From NCBI GenBank assembly GCA_041653955.1, contig JBAZEH010000006.1, positions 764 through 64,582 of the forward strand: 63,819 nucleotides of DNA, given 5' to 3'. The notes beneath the pieces were generated by a model. The model did not search any database and was not told where the DNA came from. It saw only the letters and a program-made list of their open reading frames with translations. Of this stretch, positions 49,398 to 59,099 are shown piece by piece (within the stretch, counting starts at the first letter, position 1; the number at the start of each line of letters is the position of its first letter). Origin of the DNA: Candidatus Omnitrophota bacterium. GTDB taxonomy: Bacteria; Omnitrophota; Gorgyraeia; Gygaellales; Profunditerraquicolaceae. Both the position numbers and the translations under genes were made by a program.

Positions 49398-51401
49398 CTA
49401 TTTTTTATGAGGCCTTAATAATTCCCGGAACCGCGGGTCGGGTTTTGCGCCGTATTTTACGGCTTCATCATAGTGGTAGGCCGCTTTTGAGAAGTCTTTC
49501 TTGTGATAATATAGGACAGCCAGGTTATTATGGCAATCCGCGTAACCAGGCTCTAATTCCAGCGCCTTTTTGTATTCTGTGACCGCCTCTTCAAGCATGC
49601 CTTTCATATAATATATATTCCCCAGATTATTATGAGCTATAGCGTCATCCCCTATCATTAATGCTGCCTTATTCTCCGCTTCCGCTTCATCAACCATACC
49701 TTTGCGCAGATAAATGAGGCCCAGCTCAATACGCGCGTTTAAATGGCCAGGGTTTATTTTAAGGGCTTCATGGTAAGACCCGATCGCCTTATCAACCTCT
49801 CCCATAAGGTCATATGCAGCTGCAAGGCCGGCGTACGCGTTGGCATTACGCGGGTTGATCCTGATCGCCTCGTTATATTCCGTAACCGCCCCTCCCAAAT
49901 CATTAAATTCGCGGTAAGTATTCGCCAAGTTTGAGCGCGCCCTTGAAAAATCAGGGTTAATGGCGACAGCCTTCCTGTATTCATTCTGTGCTTCGCGCAG
50001 CAAGCCCTTTTCGTAATACGCATTTCCGAGATTATTATGGTTGGATGCAAAATCCTTTATTTTAAGATACGGGATATTCTGATTTACGAATAAGAAGAGG
50101 GGTATCAAGAGCGCCCAACAGGCCGCCAGCTTTCTCATATCCCTTGACCGCAGCAGGAGCCAGAGGTTGCATAACGCATACGCGGCCATTATTATGATAA
50201 AGGGCGCGGCAGGGAAGCGATAGCGCGAAGAGACAAAGAACGCAAGCAGCGATATAAAATATGAAACAATGAATAGTATTATTATATAAACATTTTTTTC
50301 TTTGCGCCAGAGCGCCCATAGTATGCCGCAAAGCGCGAAGGGCGCGATCATACCGAAAGAAAGAAGGGGGAGCTTAAAGAAGGGGAGATAACCTTTGCAG
50401 AATTCAAAGTTGATATTCATTTCGGTTTCTGTTTTATTCCAGAAAAACCGCGCTTTCCTTCCCAGCAGGTTAAAGAATTTTCCCGGATTGTGTCTGATGA
50501 AGCGTAGCCCCTGGGAGAACCAGTAGTTAGATGACTCAAGGGGTGTAAGTTTTCTGCCCGTTTCGAGTTCCGCCCTCCTGATGGATGTCTTTACCTGTTT
50601 TATGGGCGCATCAGATATCCCGTGTAAAGGAGCATATAACCCTGTGGCATCCGGGTTATTGCCTATATAAAAACTTATTCCGCCGTTCACCGGGAAGGGA
50701 GAGAATATATTGTTGGCAATATACCTTTTTACGGAGAACGGGGTGAAAGTTATAAGCAGACCAGCCAGGAATATGGCAATAGTCAATATTTTTTGTCTTA
50801 TCGGGGAGTGATCGCGTATAAATAGCCAGGTTACTATGAAAGGCAGGCACAAGAGGATATTTCCTTTTAAGACTACCGTTAACCCCATAACCGCCCCGGA
50901 GAATATCCATAGTGCCTTTTTATCCGTTTTATGCGCCATTATAAGCAGGGTTGCCGTGCTTATAAGCAGGAATGAGGCGAGGGTGGCGTCCAGCAGAAAT
51001 CCCGTATAAAATATCGCTATATCGTAGCACGCGTATAAAAAACAGGCTACTAACCCGACATTTCTGCGCGGGAAAACCAGCCGGCATATTATATAAATGC
51101 CAAAACAAGACAGGATGCTAAGGGTGACCTGACAGGCTACGACTGCTGATATGCTATGGCCGGCTGCGCGGTATATTATCGCCAGGAAGAAAGGATAGAC
51201 GCTGTTTAGGTACACGGTATCAGGGGAGAATAGCTTTCCTGAGAGGATCTGTAAGGCGAAGTTGTCGTAGAAATTGGAGTCAAGCGAGAGGAACCCAAAC
51301 AAGGGGCTTGACCTTAACTGCGCGAAATATATGAGCATCAGCGAAAGGGATAAGAGGAGGATCCCCGGGAGATACAGAATGTCTTTTCTATCGCCAAACA
51401 T
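49398..51401 (-). CDS. Polytopic membrane glycosyltransferase-like protein (ArnT/PMT-type) with C-terminal TPR repeats
   Basis: About 430 aa of TM-rich N-terminus, then about 6 TPR units (NLGNAYYEKG..., AIRINPRNANAY...). The only minus-strand gene called. Confidence 0.6.
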   Translation of the reverse strand: MFGDRKDILYLPGILLLSLSLMLIYFAQLRSSPLFGFLSLDSNFYDNFALQILSGKLFSPDTVYLNSVYPFFLAIIYRAAGHSISAVVACQVTLSILSCFGIYIICRLVFPRRNVGLVACFLYACYDIAIFYTGFLLDATLASFLLISTATLLIMAHKTDKKALWIFSGAVMGLTVVLKGNILLCLPFIVTWLFIRDHSPIRQKILTIAIFLAGLLITFTPFSVKRYIANNIFSPFPVNGGISFYIGNNPDATGLYAPLHGISDAPIKQVKTSIRRAELETGRKLTPLESSNYWFSQGLRFIRHNPGKFFNLLGRKARFFWNKTETEMNINFEFCKGYLPFFKLPLLSFGMIAPFALCGILWALWRKEKNVYIIILFIVSYFISLLAFFVSSRYRFPAAPFIIIMAAYALCNLWLLLRSRDMRKLAACWALLIPLFLFVNQNIPYLKIKDFASNHNNLGNAYYEKGLLREAQNEYRKAVAINPDFSRARSNLANTYREFNDLGGAVTEYNEAIRINPRNANAYAGLAAAYDLMGEVDKAIGSYHEALKINPGHLNARIELGLIYLRKGMVDEAEAENKAALMIGDDAIAHNNLGNIYYMKGMLEEAVTEYKKALELEPGYADCHNNLAVLYYHKKDFSKAAYHYDEAVKYGAKPDPRFRELLRPHKK

Positions 51402-51471
51402 AGATGTAAAATACCACAGGCGTAAGCCTTAAGCAATTACTTTCATATGCCCCGTTCCTCCTAAATTATAA

Positions 51472-51500
51472 TTGTCAGAAAAGGCTTGCGGTAGTATACT
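51472..51500 (+). promoter_or_regulatory. Sigma70-like promoter TTGTCA-N17-TATACT
   Basis: Lies in the divergent intergenic region, ending 36 nt upstream of the outer-membrane protein ATG. Confidence 0.45.
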
Positions 51501-51536
51501 AATAAAGAAAAATCCGTCCTTTTATCTGATCCCGGA

Positions 51537-53066
51537 ATGTTTAAAAGACTGGTATTTTTACTGGCGTGGATACTGTTTCTTAAGGGCCTCTCTTACGGTT
51601 TTTCCCTGCTGGAAACAGACAGCACCGGCTTATCCCTGGACCTTTATTTAAGGAATGACCTGGTCTCATTTGACAATGTTATAGACTTAGACAGCCATAA
51701 TCAGGATGACCAAACCACTTATTTTGGCATTGATTACAGCCTGGGTTTAAAGCTGGACCTGAAGGAAAAAAGCCAGCAGTATTATCTTAAACTGGAGCGT
51801 AACGGGCCCTATGATTATGACGCCCCGCTTTTTATACATAATACGCTTATGGTCTCCGGGCCAAGCCATATTGATCCTTATAGGAATGAAGAGCTCCTTC
51901 CGCAGGCCGAGGAGTTTTGGTGCGACCTGCCTGTAGGCAATACTTCTTTGAGGTTTAAGGCAGGGCTTTTCCCTTATGAAGCAGGAAAGGGTTATGCCAT
52001 CGGCAGCGGTAGTTATGAGAATTACGGATTTTCCTTCTACCGTCCTGACGAAAGATTCTCCTGGAGGTTCCATTATTTCCGTCCGGACCTGGTATATAAG
52101 ACGCGTCTCGGGCCGAAGATCCAACAGGAGATAGATGAAGGTATATTATATGAGCCTAACAGCGCCAATTATTTTTCTTTTGACGCGACGATAGCCTCCG
52201 GGGAAAATAAGTTTCAGCCTTTTGTCGGGCTTTTATGGGACCGCACATCGGCAGGCAAAAGGGCCAATACCTTTGCCGCCCCGGTGCATAAAGAATCCCT
52301 TGGGGTAGTGGGGTTAGATTACGATACGAAGATCAAAAACCTTTCTTTAGGGTTTGAGTTGGCCAGGAATTTCGGGAAGGCGCAATCGCAGGACCCGGAT
52401 TTTAAGGATATTGAGCATAAGGGTTATCTGCTATATGCTAATGCCTCTTATGATATCGGGAAGCTCAGCCCCCATTGCCAGTTTCTTTTCAGCTCGGGGA
52501 ATAAAGTTACCACCGATATGGTGGAAAACGGAGATGAGTATTTTCCCGGCAGTTCAAACAGGGCGTTCAGCGTATTCTCCCCGGCCAATATTAATCTATC
52601 CGATTCGCATTCCCCTTCTCTGGATTCAGCTCCTCTTTTATTCTTTGGGTGGGGGTATGGATTAAGTTACGGGTTGGGTCCGGAGCGCCCCAGTACCCAT
52701 GGCGATGACGCGGTATTGGATAACCTTATTATGCCGTCGGCGGGATTTGATTATGACTTTACGGATAAATTTTCCGTAACTGTAGACTACTGGTATATCA
52801 GGGCGAACGAACGGGGGGTCGGCATGTTAGGCGGGGTTGCTAAAGAACTTTCGCGGGACCTCGGCCAGGAGATAGACCTGTCTTTTTATTACGATATGAC
52901 GGAGAATATAAGCTTAAGTTTATGCGCCGGATATTTTTCCCCGGGCAGATATTTTAAAGAAGAAAGGGATGATACCGAAGGCAGCTTGCTTACCCCATTT
53001 GTGCGCGGAGATGGAAACGCTGACGGAGCGTATCAAATAGAGTTATCCGTAGAGTTTAACTTTTAA
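51537..53066 (+). CDS. Predicted outer-membrane beta-barrel protein (alginate-export/porin-like)
   Basis: Signal peptide MFKRLVFLLAWILFLKGLSYG, alternating beta-strand patterns, and a terminal ...SVEFNF aromatic residue. Confidence 0.6.
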   Translation: MFKRLVFLLAWILFLKGLSYGFSLLETDSTGLSLDLYLRNDLVSFDNVIDLDSHNQDDQTTYFGIDYSLGLKLDLKEKSQQYYLKLERNGPYDYDAPLFIHNTLMVSGPSHIDPYRNEELLPQAEEFWCDLPVGNTSLRFKAGLFPYEAGKGYAIGSGSYENYGFSFYRPDERFSWRFHYFRPDLVYKTRLGPKIQQEIDEGILYEPNSANYFSFDATIASGENKFQPFVGLLWDRTSAGKRANTFAAPVHKESLGVVGLDYDTKIKNLSLGFELARNFGKAQSQDPDFKDIEHKGYLLYANASYDIGKLSPHCQFLFSSGNKVTTDMVENGDEYFPGSSNRAFSVFSPANINLSDSHSPSLDSAPLLFFGWGYGLSYGLGPERPSTHGDDAVLDNLIMPSAGFDYDFTDKFSVTVDYWYIRANERGVGMLGGVAKELSRDLGQEIDLSFYYDMTENISLSLCAGYFSPGRYFKEERDDTEGSLLTPFVRGDGNADGAYQIELSVEFNF

Positions 53067-53080
53067 GAAGGAGAACGCTA

Positions 53081-53401
53081 ATGGTTACGATCGAGGAGTT
53101 CAGGAAGTTGGAGTTGAAGGTTGCGAAAATAAAAGATGTCCAGGAGCACCCTAACGCTGATAAGCTTTACGTGATTATTGTGGACCTGGGGGATAAGACA
53201 AAACAGCTTGTAGCCGGAATCAGGGGCTCTTATGCAAAAGAGGAATTGATAGGCAAGCAGGTTGTAGTTGTGGATAACCTTGAGCCGGCGGTTTTGCGGG
53301 GAGTGGAAAGCCATGGGATGATCCTCGCGGCTTCCGATGAGGAGGGGATCGCGGTTATCAGCCCGGGCAGAGAGGTAAGATTGGGGAGCATAGTAAAGTA
53401 A
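53081..53401 (+). CDS. tRNA-binding domain protein (CsaA / MetRS C-terminal-like)
   Basis: F.KLELKVAKI..V.EHPNADKLYV..VDLG...QLVAGI and GVESHGMILAA motifs. Confidence 0.8.
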   Translation: MVTIEEFRKLELKVAKIKDVQEHPNADKLYVIIVDLGDKTKQLVAGIRGSYAKEELIGKQVVVVDNLEPAVLRGVESHGMILAASDEEGIAVISPGREVRLGSIVK

Positions 53402-53901
53402 TGGAACAGATAATACCGCAGGAGTATTGCTTGAAGTGTAAAGGGTGCTGCAGGTTCAAGGAGATGGGTTCTGCCTGGTCACCCTGCCTTTTAGATGAAG
53501 AGATACAGGAGCTGCTGGACAAGAACATACCGCCCGCATGCATTTCTGCGAACAAAAAGCTTCTGCTTATCCCAGGCCCGCAGGGGGAAGGTTTTATCTG
53601 TCCTTTTCTTGAGGCCAAAGATAACAAATGCAAGATATATGGTTTCCGGCCATTTGAGTGCCAGCTTTATCCGTTCCTGATCAATTTGAGGGGAGGTAAG
53701 GCTGTGCTGACGCTGGACCTGAACTGTCCTTATGTGGCAGAACACCTGAATAGCGAAGAATTCAAGAAATATACCGAGCGCCTGGTCCGCTTTCTTAATT
53801 CTCCGGGGCAGCTTGAACTATTGAAGGATAACCCCCAGATCCTGCAGGCCTACGAAGAGGTTTTGGATATTATTGAATTAGATAAACAGGATGGAGCTTA
53901 G
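53401..53901 (+). CDS. YkgJ-family (CxxCxxCC) cysteine-cluster protein
   Basis: CLKCKGCCRF, CPFL and CKIYGFRPFECQLYPF motifs. Confidence 0.75.
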   Translation: MEQIIPQEYCLKCKGCCRFKEMGSAWSPCLLDEEIQELLDKNIPPACISANKKLLLIPGPQGEGFICPFLEAKDNKCKIYGFRPFECQLYPFLINLRGGKAVLTLDLNCPYVAEHLNSEEFKKYTERLVRFLNSPGQLELLKDNPQILQAYEEVLDIIELDKQDGA

Positions 53902-54787
53902 AGGTTTAACCGCGAAGGATAAGGGTGTATTTGATAAGTTCCTGGCGCTCTCCAGGCATGAGCTGTCTGTTTATGCCTTTGAAAATATATATATCTGGAA
54001 GGGGCTCTTCGATATCGGCTGGTCGGTGATAGAAGACAGCCTGTGTGTTTTTTTTAAAGACAGATTCGGTTATTTTTTATACCTGCCCCCTTTATCCGCT
54101 CGGCAAAACCCGCTGGCTGTAAAAAGGTCCTTTGAATTCATGGAAAGGCGCAATAAGAATGAAGAGGTATCCCGTGTGGAGAATATAGAAGGCAAAGATA
54201 CGCCTTTCTATGAAAGGTTGAATTGTGCCTGCAGGGAGAAATCACGCGATTATATATGCCTGCGGAGGGCTCTGGCCGGGCTCTCCGGGAATAAGTTTAA
54301 GTCTAAGCGGGCAAGCGTTAATTATTTTATTAAAAATAACGAATTCCGTTATTTACCGTTTACCGCGCGGCACAGGCTGGGGTGTTTAAGCCTTTATAAT
54401 GAATGGTCAAAGGCGCGCGGGGAGAAAAACAGCGACGCTATTTATCGGGGGATGCTTCAGGACAGCGGCGTATCTTTAAAGAAGGCGCTGGATAATTATG
54501 CCGGCCTGGGGCTGACCGGCAGGGTGGTCCTTATAAATAATAAGGTCACGGGGTTTACCTTCGGATACAGGTTGAACAGGGATACCTTTTGCATACTATA
54601 TGAAATAACGGACCTGTCGGTTAAAGGTCTGGCGCAGTTCATATTCCGTGAATTCTGCCAAGAATTGAAAAGCTGCAGATATATCAATATCATGGATGAT
54701 TCGGGGCTGGAGAATTTGAAGGAGGTAAAGCTTTCATACCACCCCGTAAAATTGGCCCCGGCCTATATCGCTACGAGGAAAAAATGA
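53891..54787 (+). CDS. DUF2156 (lysyl-PG synthase C-terminal-like, GNAT-fold) protein
   Basis: LSVYAFENIYIWKGLF N-terminal signature and a length near 300 aa. Confidence 0.6.
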   Translation: MELRGLTAKDKGVFDKFLALSRHELSVYAFENIYIWKGLFDIGWSVIEDSLCVFFKDRFGYFLYLPPLSARQNPLAVKRSFEFMERRNKNEEVSRVENIEGKDTPFYERLNCACREKSRDYICLRRALAGLSGNKFKSKRASVNYFIKNNEFRYLPFTARHRLGCLSLYNEWSKARGEKNSDAIYRGMLQDSGVSLKKALDNYAGLGLTGRVVLINNKVTGFTFGYRLNRDTFCILYEITDLSVKGLAQFIFREFCQELKSCRYINIMDDSGLENLKEVKLSYHPVKLAPAYIATRKK

Positions 54788-55605
54788 ATAAAAGCATAGA
54801 TGAGGTAGAATTCACTATCTTTGATACCGAAACTACGGGGCTTGATCCGTCTTTGGGAGACAGGATAGTAGAGATTGCCGGGATAAGGTTCAGGGGCCGG
54901 GATAAGATAGCCGATTTTCAAACATTGGTAAATCCGCACCGTCATATATCCAGCGCCGCTTTTGAAGTAAATAAGATAACGCAGGGTATGCTGGAGAGCG
55001 CTCCGGAGACAGCGCAGGTGCTTCCTAAGTTCATGGATTTCGTAAAAGACAGTTGCCTGTGTTCTTATAATTCAGCCTTTGATATGCAGTTCCTGAATAA
55101 TGAATTGCGCCTCGCGGGGCAGGCGTTTCCTCCCGCGAACGCGGTTGCCGATATACTGAAAATGGCCAGGAGGATACTCCCCGGGTTAGAGCGTTACAGC
55201 CTGTGGTTTGTGGCGAGCAAGCTTGGGATAAAGAGCGGACAGAAGCACCGGGCGTTCTCCGACGTAGAGCTTACGCTTGGGGTATTTAACAGGCTCAAAG
55301 AGATGATGGCCGCCAAGGGTATAACTGATTTCACGAGCTTCCTGGGGTTGTTCGGGATGAACCCGCGCCTTTTAGAGGATATAAATAATCAGAAGCTGGC
55401 GAAGATACAGGAAGCGATGGGGCTTGGGGTAAAGCTTAAGATAAAATATATATCCAGTTCCAGCGCCGCGGTGAGCGAGAGGGATATCATACCTAAGGAG
55501 ATCCGGCAGGATAAAGATAAAAGTTACCTGGTAGGTTATTGCTGCCTGCGGAATGAAGAGCGCACATTCAGGATAGATGGGATATTACATATTGAAGTCG
55601 TATAG
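54784..55605 (+). CDS. DnaQ/DEDDh 3'-5' exonuclease with C-terminal WYL-like domain
   Basis: Exo I FDTETTGL, Exo III HRAFSDVELT. C-terminal YLVGYCCLRNEERTFRIDGI resembles the WYL core. Confidence 0.75.
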   Translation: MNKSIDEVEFTIFDTETTGLDPSLGDRIVEIAGIRFRGRDKIADFQTLVNPHRHISSAAFEVNKITQGMLESAPETAQVLPKFMDFVKDSCLCSYNSAFDMQFLNNELRLAGQAFPPANAVADILKMARRILPGLERYSLWFVASKLGIKSGQKHRAFSDVELTLGVFNRLKEMMAAKGITDFTSFLGLFGMNPRLLEDINNQKLAKIQEAMGLGVKLKIKYISSSSAAVSERDIIPKEIRQDKDKSYLVGYCCLRNEERTFRIDGILHIEVV

Positions 55606-56950
55606 ATTAAAAGTTGAACCCTCCCGGGTATTTGAAGCGCTCCGGGCTAAGAAGAGCTGTTTCTTTTTGGATTCAAGCCTTAACAGTAATCCTATGGGCA
55701 GGTACTCTTTTCTTGGTATAGACCCGTTTTATATACTGGAGAGCAGGAATAATGACCCCCTTCCCAGGCTAAGAGAGTTGCTGGACAGTTATAAGCTGCA
55801 TATCCGCGGATGCGATATACCGTTTTTAGGGGGTGCGGTAGGATATATGGGGTATGACCTCGGGTTTATCCTGGAGAAAAAGGTAAAAAGCAGGCCTAAG
55901 CCCGGACCGGGGATACCGGATTGCAGCTTCGGATTTTATAACAGTTCCGTTATAATCGATCATCATAAGGGGCTCATTTATATATTCGCCTGCGGGTTAC
56001 CCGAGAAAAGAGAGCGCCTGGCCAGGGCCCTTTCGGAATCGAACTTCAGAAAACTATATAAACTCCTTTGCGGGATGAAGGAGGGCTCATCCGGAAGTAA
56101 AAAAGTATACCATAAAGAATACAGCTCCGAATTAAACTCCAATTTCACCAGGGGAGATTATATCTCGGCGGTAAAAGCGGCCAAGGAGTATATAAGAAGA
56201 GGGGATATCTATCAGGTGAATCTTTCCCAGGGGTTTAGCGCCAAGACAGATATGCCGGCCTTTCATATATATGAGCGCCTGCGCAGGATCAGCCCTTCGT
56301 CTTTTAGCGCCTATCTCGATTGCGGGGAATACCAGATATTAAGCTCTTCTCCCGAGAGCTTTTTGAGGGTGCGGGATAACGCCCTTGTTACTACCCGCCC
56401 TATGAAAGGGACCCGCCCGCGTTCGCGCAACAGGCCCTGCGATATAAAATTAAAAAAAGAACTTTTGGAGAGCGAAAAAGATAAGGCGGAATTAATGATG
56501 ATAGTCGATTTAGAGAGGAATGATTTAGGCAGGGTATGCGATTATGATTCCATAGGCGTAAGCAGGCTAAGGGATATTGAAGAGTACAGCACCGTATTCC
56601 AGACTACCGCTACTATCCGCGGCAGGCTGCATAAAGATAAGGACAGGGTTGACCTGCTGCGCGCGTGCTTCCCCGGAGGGTCTATTACAGGTTGCCCCAA
56701 GATCCGCGCGATGGAGGTGATCGAAGAATTGGAGCCCTCAAGGCGCTCGATCTATACGGGAAGCCTCGGTTACTTAAGTTTCTCCGGGGATATGGATTCA
56801 AATATACTCATACGCACCATATTAAAGAAGGGCAGCTATTTTTATTTTGGAGCGGGAGGCGGGATAGTCGCCGATTCAAGGCCTGAAGATGAATACCGCG
56901 AGACGCTGGTGAAGGCGCGGGCGATGATAAGGGCGATAAAAGGATATTAG
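55577..56950 (+). CDS. pabB: Aminodeoxychorismate synthase component I (chorismate-binding enzyme)
   Basis: FFLDSS, GDIYQVNLS, PGGSITGCPK and GAGGGIVADS motifs. The exact start is uncertain and overlaps the upstream gene. Confidence 0.82.
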   Translation: MGYYILKSYRLKVEPSRVFEALRAKKSCFFLDSSLNSNPMGRYSFLGIDPFYILESRNNDPLPRLRELLDSYKLHIRGCDIPFLGGAVGYMGYDLGFILEKKVKSRPKPGPGIPDCSFGFYNSSVIIDHHKGLIYIFACGLPEKRERLARALSESNFRKLYKLLCGMKEGSSGSKKVYHKEYSSELNSNFTRGDYISAVKAAKEYIRRGDIYQVNLSQGFSAKTDMPAFHIYERLRRISPSSFSAYLDCGEYQILSSSPESFLRVRDNALVTTRPMKGTRPRSRNRPCDIKLKKELLESEKDKAELMMIVDLERNDLGRVCDYDSIGVSRLRDIEEYSTVFQTTATIRGRLHKDKDRVDLLRACFPGGSITGCPKIRAMEVIEELEPSRRSIYTGSLGYLSFSGDMDSNILIRTILKKGSYFYFGAGGGIVADSRPEDEYRETLVKARAMIRAIKGY

Positions 56951-56951
56951 A

Positions 56952-57788
56952 ATGGACGGACATACCATATTCCTGAATGGGAAGTTTATCAAGGAAGGCG
57001 CAGGGCAGCTATCCGTATTTAGCCGGGGATTTTTATCCGGTTTCGGGTTATTTGAGACTATGCGTTATTATAAAAAGAGGATAGTTTATTTTGACGCGCA
57101 TCTTTCGAGGCTAAAAAAATCCGCGCGCTTACTTGGCATAAAATACCCCTATGGCCGGTATAACTTAAGGGCGGCGGTAGATGAGGCGATCCGGGTCAAT
57201 CGTTTCAGTGATGCCCGGGTAAGGATCACTCTCTGGAAGCGCGGACAGGGGACGGATATATTAGTGACGGCAGGCAGGTATCACCCTTACAACCGGCAGA
57301 AATATGATAAAGGGTTTCGCGCCTGCGTTTCCCCTTTTAGGCAGAGTTCGGGGCCTTTCTTGTCGCGCTTGAAAAGCACTAACCGTATCCTGTATACTTT
57401 AGCGTATGAGGATTCCAGGAGAAAGGGATTTGATGATGCTGTCATATTAAATGAGAAGGGCTGCATTGCCGAATCAAGCCGCAGTAATATATTTTTTATA
57501 AAGGAAAGAGAATTGTTTACTCCTTCCCCGGCTTGCGGGTGCCTGGAGGGTATTACCAGGAAGGCGGTATTTGACCTGGCGAAAGAATATAATGCCAGGG
57601 TATACGAAGGGGAATATTCGCTTTCTGATCTATACGCCTGTGACGAGGCGTTCCTTACCGGTTCCCTGATGGGGATTATGCCGCTTTCATCCGTAGGCAA
57701 CTTTCGCCTGGGCGCCAAAAAACGGAGCGGGTTAACACGGTTTTTTATGAAGAAGTATAATTTGTTGCCGGGAGATGGAATTCGATAA
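56952..57788 (+). CDS. pabC: Class IV aminotransferase (aminodeoxychorismate lyase-like)
   Basis: Fold-type IV PLP pattern (GFGLFETMR, ESSRSNIFF, GITR), immediately after pabB. Confidence 0.78.
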   Translation: MDGHTIFLNGKFIKEGAGQLSVFSRGFLSGFGLFETMRYYKKRIVYFDAHLSRLKKSARLLGIKYPYGRYNLRAAVDEAIRVNRFSDARVRITLWKRGQGTDILVTAGRYHPYNRQKYDKGFRACVSPFRQSSGPFLSRLKSTNRILYTLAYEDSRRKGFDDAVILNEKGCIAESSRSNIFFIKERELFTPSPACGCLEGITRKAVFDLAKEYNARVYEGEYSLSDLYACDEAFLTGSLMGIMPLSSVGNFRLGAKKRSGLTRFFMKKYNLLPGDGIR

Positions 57789-58887
57789 AATAAAGCTGCC
57801 TTTTCTGATAAAGAAACCGATTTTAGCGCTGGGGCCCCAGATAAAAAACCGGGTTTGTTTCGCTAAAGGCCGGTTTGCGCATATCAGCGCCCTGAATCCT
57901 GACCTAAGCCATGCGGAGGATCATTCAAACTTTGAGAAAGCCGCAGGCTTCTTTCTTAAAAGCAAACCCGCCATTATCGCTTATGATCTGCATCCCGAAT
58001 ATCATTCCACTAAATATGCTTTAGGGCTGGGGGATGAATATTATACCCTATACCCCGTACAACACCACCACGCCCATATCGCCTCCTGTATGGTTGAGAA
58101 TTGTCTTGGAAATGAGAAGGTAATAGGCGTAGCTTTTGACGGCACAGGTTTTGGGGAAGATAGCCATCTTTGGGGGGCTGAATTCCTTGTCTGCGATTAT
58201 GGGAGTTTCAGAAGGGCCGCCTCTCTTAAAGAGATACCTCTTTTGGGAGGAGAGATGGCGATAAGAGAACCGGCCAGAGTGCTGGCGGCATGGCTTTTTT
58301 CAATGGGCAAAAGCAGTTTCCTTAATAACCGGATCAAGGGCCTCGGTAAAAATAAGCTTAGGGTTTTGAAAAATATGTATTTAACGGGATTCAACTCTCC
58401 TTTATCAAGCAGCATAGGAAGGCTTTTCGACGCGGCAGGGAGCCTGGTGCTTGGCAGGGAGAAGGCGTGTTTTGAGGCTGAACTGGCTATAGAGCTTCAG
58501 GAGCTGGCCTCGCGTTTTACTCTTTATGCCGCCCCGTATAATTTTAATGTCATCAGGGCCAAAGGCAGGTATATTATAGACCCCTCACTTATCATTAACG
58601 GGATGATAATTGATATGCGTTCAGGTGGGCCGCGGGATAAGATAGCTTACAGGTTCCATTTAAGCGTTGCGGATATGGTCAGGAGGATCTGCTTGAAGTT
58701 AAAAATCGAGCATAAAACAGATAAGGTGGTTCTTTCCGGCGGAGTTTTTCAAAATAACCTTTTACTTTCCCTGGTTTTGGATTTATTATATAAAGAAGAT
58801 TTCAGGGTATTAACCCATAAGATATTGCCTCCGAATGATTCCTGCATTGCGTTGGGGCAGGCGGCGGCGGCGAATTTCGCGAGATAG
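57775..58887 (+). CDS. hypF: HypF C-terminal (Kae1/ASKHA-like) domain only; truncated carbamoyltransferase HypF
   Basis: LALGPQIKN, DLHPEYHST, VQHHHAHIAS, AFDGTGFGEDSHLWGAEF, FQNNLL and PPNDSCIALGQ match the C-terminal half of HypF. The ORF has no acylphosphatase, zinc-finger or YrdC-like regions. Confidence 0.8.
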   Translation: MEFDKIKLPFLIKKPILALGPQIKNRVCFAKGRFAHISALNPDLSHAEDHSNFEKAAGFFLKSKPAIIAYDLHPEYHSTKYALGLGDEYYTLYPVQHHHAHIASCMVENCLGNEKVIGVAFDGTGFGEDSHLWGAEFLVCDYGSFRRAASLKEIPLLGGEMAIREPARVLAAWLFSMGKSSFLNNRIKGLGKNKLRVLKNMYLTGFNSPLSSSIGRLFDAAGSLVLGREKACFEAELAIELQELASRFTLYAAPYNFNVIRAKGRYIIDPSLIINGMIIDMRSGGPRDKIAYRFHLSVADMVRRICLKLKIEHKTDKVVLSGGVFQNNLLLSLVLDLLYKEDFRVLTHKILPPNDSCIALGQAAAANFAR

Positions 58888-58889
58888 AC

Positions 58890-59099
58890 ATGTGTTTGGC
58901 AATACCGATGAGGATAATCCAGGCGGCGGGAGATTTCGCTGAAGTGGAGGCAGGCGGGCTTATGCGCACAGTCAATATCCAGATGCTCCCCGGTATACGT
59001 AAGGGGGATTACGTGATGGTGCACGCCGGATTTGCCATAGAGAGGCTGGACCCGGAAAAAGCAAAAGAGACACTAAGAATAATAGATGAGATACGTTGA
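58890..59099 (+). CDS. hypC: Hydrogenase maturation protein HypC
   Basis: MCLAIPMRI N-terminus, 69 aa. Confidence 0.9.
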   Translation: MCLAIPMRIIQAAGDFAEVEAGGLMRTVNIQMLPGIRKGDYVMVHAGFAIERLDPEKAKETLRIIDEIR

